From: Chlamydiota bacterium
GTDB lineage: Bacteria > Auribacterota > Tritonobacteria > UBA1439
NCBI GenBank assembly: GCA_037133055.1
Contig: JBAXOY010000050.1
Location: forward strand, 1 to 20,313
DNA length: 20,313 nt
Reading direction: 5' to 3'
Below are positions 9,013 to 16,017 of this stretch, one piece after another (the first letter of the stretch is position 1; every line of letters starts with the position of its first letter). The notes under the pieces are model-generated. The model was not told the origin of the DNA. It was given only the letters and a program-made list of their open reading frames with translations, and made no database searches. Made by a program: the position numbers and the translations under genes.

Positions 9013-9630
9013 CTACTGCCGATTACCTCGCCTTCGCCTCATTTTCGTCCGCGATTCGGTCACCATCGCGTTTATCGAATAGCACGCTTCCTGGATCCCC
9101 TCGGAGGTCGCCGCGAACTGGACCACGTCCTTCTCCGCGATGGAAAGCGCGCGCCCCGTGGCGAACGCGTCCTGGTTCGCCGCGAGGAAGACGAAATCCC
9201 ACCCCCGCTTCTTCCTGCACTCCGCGATCATCCTGCCGATCCGCTCGTAGGTGTAGTCGCGGCTCGCGTTCTCCAGCCCGTCCGTGAGGATCGAGACGAT
9301 GACCCTGTCCGGCCGCTCTGCCGCCGCCATTCCGTCGATCCTCGCCCGCACGGCGTCGAGCGTCCTCCCGACCGCGTCGAGAAGCGCCGTCGTCCCCGAG
9401 GGGACGTATGTCTCATCGCTCAACGGCTGTATCATCGAGAGCGGCGCCCCGTCGGCAACGAGCCCGTACTCGTGGTTGAAAAGGACGAGCGTGAGCCGCG
9501 CGTCCCCCGGCAGCTTCTTCTGCTCCTCAAGAAATCTGTTGAAGCCCCCGACGGCGTCCGACCTGATCGCATCCATCGAGCCGGACCGGTCTATGATGCA
9601 CACGATCTCTGCACACGGTGTTCTGACCAT
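9013..9630 (-). CDS. Stand-alone von Willebrand factor A (vWA) domain protein
   Basis: MIDAS motif IIDRSGSM, GTTALLDAVG, ILTDGLENAS, WDFVFLAAN; strong AGGAGG SD upstream. Confidence 0.9.
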   Translation of the reverse strand: MVRTPCAEIVCIIDRSGSMDAIRSDAVGGFNRFLEEQKKLPGDARLTLVLFNHEYGLVADGAPLSMIQPLSDETYVPSGTTALLDAVGRTLDAVRARIDGMAAAERPDRVIVSILTDGLENASRDYTYERIGRMIAECRKKRGWDFVFLAANQDAFATGRALSIAEKDVVQFAATSEGIQEACYSINAMVTESRTKMRRRRGNRQ

Positions 9631-9946
9631 ATACCCCCTCCTCCTGTGGTTGCCCTTCCGCGCGCGGGGACCACCCCGCTCCCCGCTGCGCGGACGCGTG
9701 CTCCTCCGCCGGTCGAACGGCCGGCATGCCTCCGTGCCCCGTCGCCTCCCCCGCTTCCCAGGCCTCCATCTGCCCCTTTCCGCCGTACCGGGGCAGGCAA
9801 CCCGCTTGCGGATCTATCCGTGTTCACCCTATTAGTCGGGAAAAACGGGATTTTATTACAAACTATTTTCGAACAGATGTTGAAAGACCGAAGATCGGCA
9901 AAATGGGTGAAGCGGATTCACAACAAACTGTTACCCCAACAGAGGC

Positions 9947-9975
9947 TTGACATCTCCGGATAATCTGGCTATACT
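9947..9975 (+). promoter_or_regulatory. sigma70 promoter of the toxin-antitoxin operon
   Basis: TTGACA (9947-9952), 17-bp spacer, TATACT (9970-9975). Imperfect palindrome CCGGAT-A-ATCTGG in the spacer. Confidence 0.85.
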
Positions 9976-9984
9976 CTTCCTACA

Positions 9985-10284
9985 ATGCGATACGTCGTTG
10001 CGATTGCACGAAGTGCCCAGGAGCAGTTCAACAAGCTGAACGCGCGCTGGCGCGCTGCCCTGAAGCCGGCGATGCGTCGACACTTGGAGGCAGCGCCCCG
10101 AACGGAGAGCAAAAACCGGATCAAACGATTCCGCGGGCTTCGTCGGCCCCAGTACCGCTTGCGCGTTGACGAAATGCGCATTTACTACGACGTGAACGAC
10201 AAGGAGAAGCGCGTTGAGGTGTTGGGTTTTGTGTTGAAGTCACACGCAGCCGATTGGCTCAGAGAACATGGGGTGCCAGAATGA
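9985..10284 (+). CDS. RelE/ParE-superfamily type II toxin
   Basis: 99 aa, basic; ARSAQEQFNKL...IKRFRG...YRLRVDEMRIYYDV matches the RelE pattern; ATGA overlap with the antitoxin. Confidence 0.88.
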   Translation: MRYVVAIARSAQEQFNKLNARWRAALKPAMRRHLEAAPRTESKNRIKRFRGLRRPQYRLRVDEMRIYYDVNDKEKRVEVLGFVLKSHAADWLREHGVPE

Positions 10285-10526
10285 AGACGCACACAATGAC
10301 CGAAGCGAAGAACGATATCTGCAGCATCATCCGGGAAGCCGAAAAGGGTGAGGTCGTCATTACTCGACACGGTAAGCCTGCCGCCGTCGTGATTGGTTTC
10401 CAGGATGAGGACGACTGGTTTGACTACCGGATGGAGCACGACGAAGCGTTCCTGCGGAGAATCGCAAAGGCAAGGAAAGAGATGCGGGAGGGCCACTTCG
10501 TCACATTGGACGACCTGCCGGACTGA
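10281..10526 (+). CDS. Phd/YefM-family antitoxin
   Basis: MTEAKNDICSIIREAEKGEVVITRHGKPAAVVI is a Phd/YefM motif, followed by an acidic segment. ATG 10281 overlaps the toxin stop codon. Confidence 0.9.
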   Translation: MKTHTMTEAKNDICSIIREAEKGEVVITRHGKPAAVVIGFQDEDDWFDYRMEHDEAFLRRIAKARKEMREGHFVTLDDLPD

Positions 10527-10754
10527 AGAATAGCCAACATCTGCGGCTTCCGCCGCCGGTCGGTCCGCGATGCGCGCTAAGACATATCCCGATTGGCGGT
10601 TTTCGTGACCGCGCACAGCGAGTTGACCAAGATCTCCTGCGTGATTGGGGTTATATCGGCATAATGGTTCCTGAATCCGGGGCCGGTTGCGGTAGAGAAC
10701 CTGTGCGCCTTCTTTTCCAACGTCCGGGGCGGGAGCGCGCCGCCGAGGCGAGGG

Positions 10755-11183
10755 ATGATGAGGATGCTCTGCGTTGCCGCCGTGCTCGCTGCCGCGTCCT
10801 CTGCGTGCGCGGCTGAAAAGGGGGCGTCGCACACTGCGCAGCAGCAGCGGGGCTCGTCCGAGCCCTACTGGCATTCCTCGGAAACCGCCCCTTGGTACGA
10901 TTCCTACGGCCGTCTCCAGCACGGCTACAAGGACGCGCCGATGAAGGACTATCCGCCGGGCAAGGAGCCGTACTATTATTCAAGCGAGAAATCGGACTGG
11001 TACGACTCGCAGGGCAGGCTGAGGCACGGGCCTGAGGCGACCGACACCAAGACCTACAAGCCGGGGACGGAACCGTACTACCACTCGAGCGACAGCATGC
11101 CCTGGTACGACTCCTACGGCAATCTGAGATACGGCCCCAGGGGCGTGCCGGCGAACGAGTATCGGAAGGGGCTCCAAAAATAA
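10755..11183 (+). CDS. Secreted protein with three 35-aa Tyr/Trp-rich repeats
   Basis: Ala-rich signal peptide; repeats EPYWHSSETAPWYDSYGRLQHG, EPYYYSSEKSDWYDSQGRLRHG and EPYYHSSDSMPWYDSYGNLRYG; GAGG upstream. Confidence 0.8.
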   Translation: MMRMLCVAAVLAAASSACAAEKGASHTAQQQRGSSEPYWHSSETAPWYDSYGRLQHGYKDAPMKDYPPGKEPYYYSSEKSDWYDSQGRLRHGPEATDTKTYKPGTEPYYHSSDSMPWYDSYGNLRYGPRGVPANEYRKGLQK

Positions 11184-11298
11184 GGGTTCTCTGCTGTTTT
11201 GTGTGGATGAGGGGCGGCCTGCGGAATATGTGTCATGCATACAGGCGGGCGGGTCGCGGGAATGATCGCGGTTATTCGCGGCGCGGACGACCGACCGA

Positions 11299-11742
11299 TT
11301 ATTTCGCCCCCTCGATGCGCCAGCCGCGGCCGTAGGGGTTGTTCGGGCTATCCGTGCGGAACCGGCTGCCGGCACCGACGGGGTTGTTGATGCTGTCGGG
11401 AGAGACGGGGCTGCCGTATCTTCCGACCGGGTTCGAGGTTGAGTCGGGGTCAAGCGTGTTCGTGCTGAGCCGGCCGCGGTAGTTCCCCCCGCCGTCGTAG
11501 AGTTTTGGGGCGCTGCTCGAGAGCGGGTTCGTCGCCGAATACGGGCTCACGGGACTGCCGTACCGCCCCACCGGGTTGTTGATACTGGAGGGGGAGACCG
11601 AACTCCCGTACGGGCCGACGGGATTGCTCGTCGAGTCCGGGGCGTACGGGTTCCGGCTCAGGCGGCCGAGGCCCTCTGTCCCTCCCGCGGCAGGGACAGA
11701 ACAAATGAGAAGTGCGAGGAGAAGCGTGCGTGCCGTGGTCAT
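11299..11742 (-). CDS. Secreted hypothetical protein with duplicated NPxGxYGS repeats
   Basis: Signal peptide MTTARTLLLALLICSVPAAG; two copies of GRLSxNxxxPDSTSNPVGxYGSxVSPxSINNPVG; AAGGA upstream of ATG 11742. Confidence 0.8.
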   Translation of the reverse strand: MTTARTLLLALLICSVPAAGGTEGLGRLSRNPYAPDSTSNPVGPYGSSVSPSSINNPVGRYGSPVSPYSATNPLSSSAPKLYDGGGNYRGRLSTNTLDPDSTSNPVGRYGSPVSPDSINNPVGAGSRFRTDSPNNPYGRGWRIEGAK

Positions 11743-11892
11743 GATCCTTGTCCTTTCCAGACGATGATTCCCGCCCATGTCAAAGACATGCAAAGAAGGT
11801 CTGTACACCTGCCGGAGTATACTCTACCCATTTCACCGAGGTGGCCCGAATAAGGGCCGCGCGGGGCCTCCGGAAGAGAGACGGAATGCAAA

Positions 11893-11926
11893 CCCGGGGG
11901 GAGGACCTGCCGGTCCACCCCCGGGG
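11893..11926 (-). terminator. Intrinsic terminator-like hairpin downstream of the Gly-rich gene
   Basis: CCCGGGGG/GGACC stem with a TGCC loop pairing with GGTCC/CCCCCGGG; followed by TTT on the minus strand, about 20 nt past the stop at 11947. Confidence 0.6.
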
Positions 11927-11946
11927 CATTCTCTCACGAGTCAGGA

Positions 11947-12567
11947 CTATTCCACCACGGTGACCGTGTCGCTCATCATCGTGGAGCCCATCGGCTGATA
12001 GCTGACCGGCGGCGCGTAGCACGGGAGCCCGGAAGAATATGCCGGGGCGGAGTAGTAGGTCGGAGCATAATACGTCGGCGCATAGTAGGACGGGCCATAA
12101 TAGCCGGGAGAATAGGCCCCGTAGCCCTGGTTGATTGCGTACGCCGCGACGCCGGCATTGATGGCGGACGCGGCTACATAGGGCCATGCGCCGCCGCCCC
12201 AACCGTATCCACGGCCCCAGCCGCCGTAACCGCCCCAGCCGTATCCACGGCCCCAGCCGCCGTAGCCGCCGCCCCATCCGTAGCCGCGGCCCCAGCCGCC
12301 GTAGCCGCCGCCCCATCCGTAGCCGCGGCCCCAACCGCCGTAGCCGCCGCCCCATCCGTAGCCGCGGCCCCCGCCGTGGCCGCCCCAGCCGCCGCCGTGA
12401 TAGGGGCCTCCTCCGCCGCGATAGCCGCCCCCGCCACCATGGTACCCGCCCCCGCCGCCGCCGCGATAGCCGCCCCCGCCGCCGCCATGACCCGGGCCGG
12501 CCGCAAGAGCCGTTCCCGTTGCGATGAACATCGTCAGGCCGAGCACGATACCGATCATTCTCTTCAT
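11947..12567 (-). CDS. Secreted glycine-rich repeat protein
   Basis: AAGGAGG SD at 12574-12580; signal peptide MKRMIGIVLGLTMFIATGTALA; Gly/Tyr/Trp repeats; Tyr/Pro-rich tail (YYAPTYYAPTYY). Confidence 0.85.
   Translation of the reverse strand: MKRMIGIVLGLTMFIATGTALAAGPGHGGGGGGYRGGGGGGYHGGGGGYRGGGGPYHGGGWGGHGGGRGYGWGGGYGGWGRGYGWGGGYGGWGRGYGWGGGYGGWGRGYGWGGYGGWGRGYGWGGGAWPYVAASAINAGVAAYAINQGYGAYSPGYYGPSYYAPTYYAPTYYSAPAYSSGLPCYAPPVSYQPMGSTMMSDTVTVVE
12198..12370 (-). repeat. 39-bp coding tandem repeat (GRGYGWGGGYGGW)
   Basis: Five GRGYGW units: three 13-aa repeats, one 12-aa variant and one partial repeat; near-identical at DNA level. Confidence 0.9.
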
Positions 12568-12600
12568 CACACGCCTCCTTTCAGTTCTACTCTTCAGTAA

Positions 12601-12616
12601 AGCATACTTCATGCCG
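12601..12616 (-). promoter_or_regulatory. Putative sigma54 (-24/-12) promoter
   Basis: Minus strand CGGCATGAAGTATGCT is GG-N10-GC, close to the TGGCACG-N4-TTGCW consensus; about 20 nt upstream of the SD; AT-rich tract at about 12666-12680. Confidence 0.6.
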
Positions 12617-12837
12617 AAAGGCAAACCCTCCAAGACGATTTTTACAACATGCTTTTGCCAAGCCAGTTATAAATTAATTACCACCGATTCCCGCCACAGA
12701 CTTGATGGCCGGGATGCTCCATATCGGGACAGCGCTCGGGAGAAACGATACAGCAACCGTTTTTGCCACAACGAATAGTGAACCATTACTCTCTCCTCAC
12801 CTTTGCCCCTCCAACAAATCCGGCCTAAACATCGTCC

Positions 12838-13731
12838 TCAGTGCCCGGATAGGTCAAGGGGCGAATGCGCGGTCTCATGGTCGTGCGGGTGGTCATCGTC
12901 GTGATGGCAGTACTCATCCGGCGTGATCTTCTTTTTCATGAAAGCTCCCAGGACCCTCTCAGCGTCGGCGCGCGAACGTCGTCCCTGCTCGATGCCTTGC
13001 ACTATCTGTCGCACGCCGTCCGCCTCGGGTCTTATGCTCAGATGCTCCCGGTAGCACACGAGCGCCTCCGCCGGACGCCCGTCCAGCTCATGGAGGAACC
13101 CCCGGTAATTCAGCAGCGCCGCCCGATCGAGCCGTTTCTGTCCGGGATCGACTCCACGGGTGTTTTCCCACATCACGAGGGCGAGGTCGACCGCCCGCGC
13201 CGCCTTGTGCAATTCCCCGTGGTGGATAAGGAGTTGCGCGCGCTCCAGGGGGATGCGATAGTCATCGGGGTTGTTCCTCTGGGCCTCCGAGAGGATATCC
13301 AGGGCGTGCTGCTGGTGTCCGTCATCTTGTGCTGCGACCCAGAAGGCGGCGCCCAGATAGGCATCCACGTTGTGGGGGTCCATCCGGGTCGCGAAACGCA
13401 GCCAAGGCATCATCTCGTAGATATCGCCGCCCGCCAGGTGCTCCGGGACGCGGGGCTGGACCTCGTCCGATAGGCGCTGGAAGAACCCCATGGACACCGC
13501 CTTCCTGGAGTGCCCGACACCGCGGTGGAAATACCGTTCGGCCTGTTCGAAAAGGTCGTCGCCGATAGCCCGGCGGCTTTCTCCGAGCAGCCGCCCGAGC
13601 AGGGACGTCGAGGCAGGAGGGGTAAACGAGGGATCGGTCGTCAGCCGACAGGCAAGGGAAAAAGACAGCGCGGCCAGCGAGGCGAGGACTCCCGCGGCCA
13701 CAATTGGGAATCTCGCAGGTATCGTGTTCAC
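12838..13731 (-). CDS. Membrane-anchored TPR-like protein with His/Asp-rich tail
   Basis: GTG 13731 overlaps the permease TGA (GTGA). N-terminal TM, helical TPR-like segments (DPHNVDAYLGAAFW, EAQRNNPDDY, AEALVCYREHLSIRP), C-terminal CHHDDDHPHDHETAH. Confidence 0.8.
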   Translation of the reverse strand: MNTIPARFPIVAAGVLASLAALSFSLACRLTTDPSFTPPASTSLLGRLLGESRRAIGDDLFEQAERYFHRGVGHSRKAVSMGFFQRLSDEVQPRVPEHLAGGDIYEMMPWLRFATRMDPHNVDAYLGAAFWVAAQDDGHQQHALDILSEAQRNNPDDYRIPLERAQLLIHHGELHKAARAVDLALVMWENTRGVDPGQKRLDRAALLNYRGFLHELDGRPAEALVCYREHLSIRPEADGVRQIVQGIEQGRRSRADAERVLGAFMKKKITPDEYCHHDDDHPHDHETAHSPLDLSGH

Positions 13732-14516
13732 AACGCGGCGCCCCTCTGGAAATGTTTTCGGCGGTACCCAAGCCACGAGACAAAAAGAAAGAGCGCGGTA
13801 AGCACCGCGCCATAGGAGAGAAGGATCGTGAAACTGGTCCAGGGTACCATGCCCCACTCATGGACAATCCGCAGGCGCATGTCGAAAAGCTCAAAGTGCG
13901 GGAAGAGATAATAGACCGCCGACAGAACCGTCGCACGGGCGCCTTTCAATCCGACGAGCATCTCCGGGATGCGCGGAAGCATGCAGAACGAAGAGGCGAT
14001 TACCACGTAACTCATGCTCGCCGCGGCCCCGTAGGTCATGCGGGTCGAAAAGGCGATCCCCATCGCGGCGAGCGCCCCCAGGCCGGAGAGATGCACGACC
14101 CACCCCTGGGCGAGGGTCCGCCATTCGAACGAACCCCCGTATGCCCGCACCACCAACGCGACAAGGAGGTAGAAGACCGCGCTCGCGCAGGAGATGATCG
14201 ACCATGCCCCCAGCCATTTCCCGAGCAGCAGTTCCACGCGAGTCAACGGCTTTGCAAGCAACGGATAGATGGTCCCCATCTTCTCCTCGTCGGGCAACTG
14301 GCGGGAGCTGATGGTCACCGTCAGCACGAGCGTGAAAAAACACGCCATGAGGAGGCCGAGGTCCATGATATAGCGCGCGGTGGTCCCCAGGCCGAAGATA
14401 TTCACCGAGAGCAGGGCGTACAGCATTGCGGCGAGCATGATCAGCAACACATAAATCTCCTTGCGCCTGAGCAGTTCACGCCAGACAGTCACTGCGATAG
14501 TCAGCACCCGTCTCAT
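13728..14516 (-). CDS. ABC-2 type transporter permease
   Basis: MRRVLTIAVTVWRELLRRK; EEKMGTIYPLLAKPLTRVELLLGKWLG motif; about 6 TMs; ATGA overlap with the ATPase. Confidence 0.9.
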   Translation of the reverse strand: MRRVLTIAVTVWRELLRRKEIYVLLIMLAAMLYALLSVNIFGLGTTARYIMDLGLLMACFFTLVLTVTISSRQLPDEEKMGTIYPLLAKPLTRVELLLGKWLGAWSIISCASAVFYLLVALVVRAYGGSFEWRTLAQGWVVHLSGLGALAAMGIAFSTRMTYGAAASMSYVVIASSFCMLPRIPEMLVGLKGARATVLSAVYYLFPHFELFDMRLRIVHEWGMVPWTSFTILLSYGAVLTALFLFVSWLGYRRKHFQRGAAL

Positions 14517-15265
14517 ACGGCGCCTCCCGTGCGTGTACCCGACCTCATGACCGTTCTCAGGAAGTACTGTTCGAGTGATTCCGCCGCGGGGACGAGCTCC
14601 GACACCGCTCCCCTCGCGGCGATGCGCCCGTCCTTGATGATGGCGATATGATCGCACACGAGTTCCACTTCGGAGAGCTCATGAGACGAGAAAAAGACGG
14701 TTTTTCCGCGGGCGCGGAGGGCGGCGATAATCTTCCGTATCTCCATGCGCCCGAGCGAGTCCATTCCGCCGGTCGGCTCATCCAGGACGAGGAGGTCAGG
14801 ATCGTTGATCAGCGCCTGGGCCAGCCCGATGCGCTGCAGCATGCCCCGCGAATAGGTCGCGATTCTCCGATCCGCCGCCTCGGATAGATAGACCTGATCG
14901 AGGAGTTCTTCGATCCTCTTTTTCAATGCCGCCCGCGGCATCTTGAACAGTCCCCCCGCCATGCGGAGAAGCTCCCTCCCCGTCAAAAAGGGATAGGTCT
15001 CAGCCTTTTCCGGCAGGTAGCCGATGCGCTCGCGCGCAATGGGATTGCGTACATTCTCGCCGAGGATGCGGGCCTCCCCCTCATCCGGCATGACAAAGCC
15101 GAGCAGCACGAGTATGGCGGTTGTTTTCCCCGAGCCATTGGGCCCGAGAAAACCGAACACCTCGCCCGCATTGACGCTCAGGGTGACGCCGCACAGCGCC
15201 TCGACCGTGTGGCCGCGTTCCCTGAAGCGGACCGAGAGGTCGTGTATGTCGATCGCGATGCTCAT
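14513..15265 (-). CDS. ABC transporter ATP-binding protein
   Basis: Walker A GPNGSGKT, signature YSRGMLQR, Walker B LLVLDEP, H-loop SSH. Confidence 0.95.
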   Translation of the reverse strand: MSIAIDIHDLSVRFRERGHTVEALCGVTLSVNAGEVFGFLGPNGSGKTTAILVLLGFVMPDEGEARILGENVRNPIARERIGYLPEKAETYPFLTGRELLRMAGGLFKMPRAALKKRIEELLDQVYLSEAADRRIATYSRGMLQRIGLAQALINDPDLLVLDEPTGGMDSLGRMEIRKIIAALRARGKTVFFSSHELSEVELVCDHIAIIKDGRIAARGAVSELVPAAESLEQYFLRTVMRSGTRTGGAV

Positions 15266-15475
15266 TGCAGGGACTCCGCGCGCAGTCATGCGCGACAGCT
15301 GTTGACGATCGTCGCGACAAGGGCTGTCCGTTTTCTGATGTCCATGGGCGTGTCCGCGGGTTTAAGGTCCGGCGCCCTTTCTCCGTTCATCGGTCGGACA
15401 GGATTTCAGTGTATGCCAACCATTCGCCTGGCGCAAGAGCTGTGGTGCAGTCCCACTTACCCATTTTTCGAATTC

Positions 15476-15973
15476 TCACTTATAATAGGAACAGAGTGAT
15501 ACTTTCAAAGGGTCGCTTCTCAAGGCAGCCGCAAAAGCCATGCAAGACAGGTATCCGCATTCCCGGCAATTTGTTCGAGGTAAAAGCTTGTAAATATCCA
15601 ATACATTGGGAAGGGGCTTCTTGCCTTCGAAGCTGGGTATTATATTGTCTTTGCGAGTCCAAATCTCATTGACGGTGTGCACAATGCTTAGCACCAATTT
15701 CTCCGCTTCCTCCCTGTCATGAACAGGAGCAATCGCAATCTCACGCGGCCTGAACGCATACTTCTTGCCGCCGCTGTTCCACAGCAGGACCTTTGTGTCG
15801 TGATGATACTCAGCGCCTTCGAGCTCGGCATTCAGGTAGGGGAGCGCCTCGGTGATTTCTTCACGGAGGGTGACGCTCGCGCGATAGTGTTCGGCGTTCG
15901 GGAGACAGTCGGGGGTAGCGAGCTTCATATCGTAACCACGAATCAGTTGGATGGTCATCCTTGGCTCGGACAT
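15476..15973 (-). CDS. Fe-S-binding protein (C-terminal putative Fe-S cluster domain)
   Basis: IYKLLPRTNCRECGYLSCMAFAAAL...C motif; N-terminal PDCLP and LPYLNA. Confidence 0.85.
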   Translation of the reverse strand: MSEPRMTIQLIRGYDMKLATPDCLPNAEHYRASVTLREEITEALPYLNAELEGAEYHHDTKVLLWNSGGKKYAFRPREIAIAPVHDREEAEKLVLSIVHTVNEIWTRKDNIIPSFEGKKPLPNVLDIYKLLPRTNCRECGYLSCMAFAAALRSDPLKVSLCSYYK

Positions 15974-16017
15974 AAAATTACCCTGAATACTTTTCTACAC
16001 AGTCTCGGTCTGGGCAT
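15955..16017 (-). pseudogene. 5' stub of a second DUF134-type gene
   Basis: ATG at 16017 reads MPRPRLCRKV...stop at 15955. The first 10 aa closely match the start of the intact DUF134 gene (MPRPRCLRRV). Confidence 0.6.

Noticed and set aside
9527..9827. Small ORFs upstream of vWA (9527-9769, 9591-9827)
   Set aside because: Low-complexity GC-rich translations overlapping the vWA start, with no recognisable motif.
10577..10700. Minus-strand GFRNHYADI resembling a HEPN/DUF86 remnant
   Set aside because: No RX4-6H spacing, no convincing start, and too short to support.
12198..12370. 39-bp periodic repeats as a CRISPR array
   Set aside because: No unique spacers, the period is a multiple of 3 within a coding frame, and no cas genes are present.
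12752..12768. Second sigma54 promoter TGGCAAAAACGGTTGCT on the minus strand
   Set aside because: GG-to-GC spacing is 11 rather than the required 10; at most it could be an activator site.
12612..12830. c-di-GMP-I riboswitch-like words GGCAAACC (about 12620) and CCGGCCTAAAC (about 12820)
   Set aside because: About 200 nt apart, on the strand opposite the flanking genes, and lacking the intervening P2 stem and GCAAAG element.
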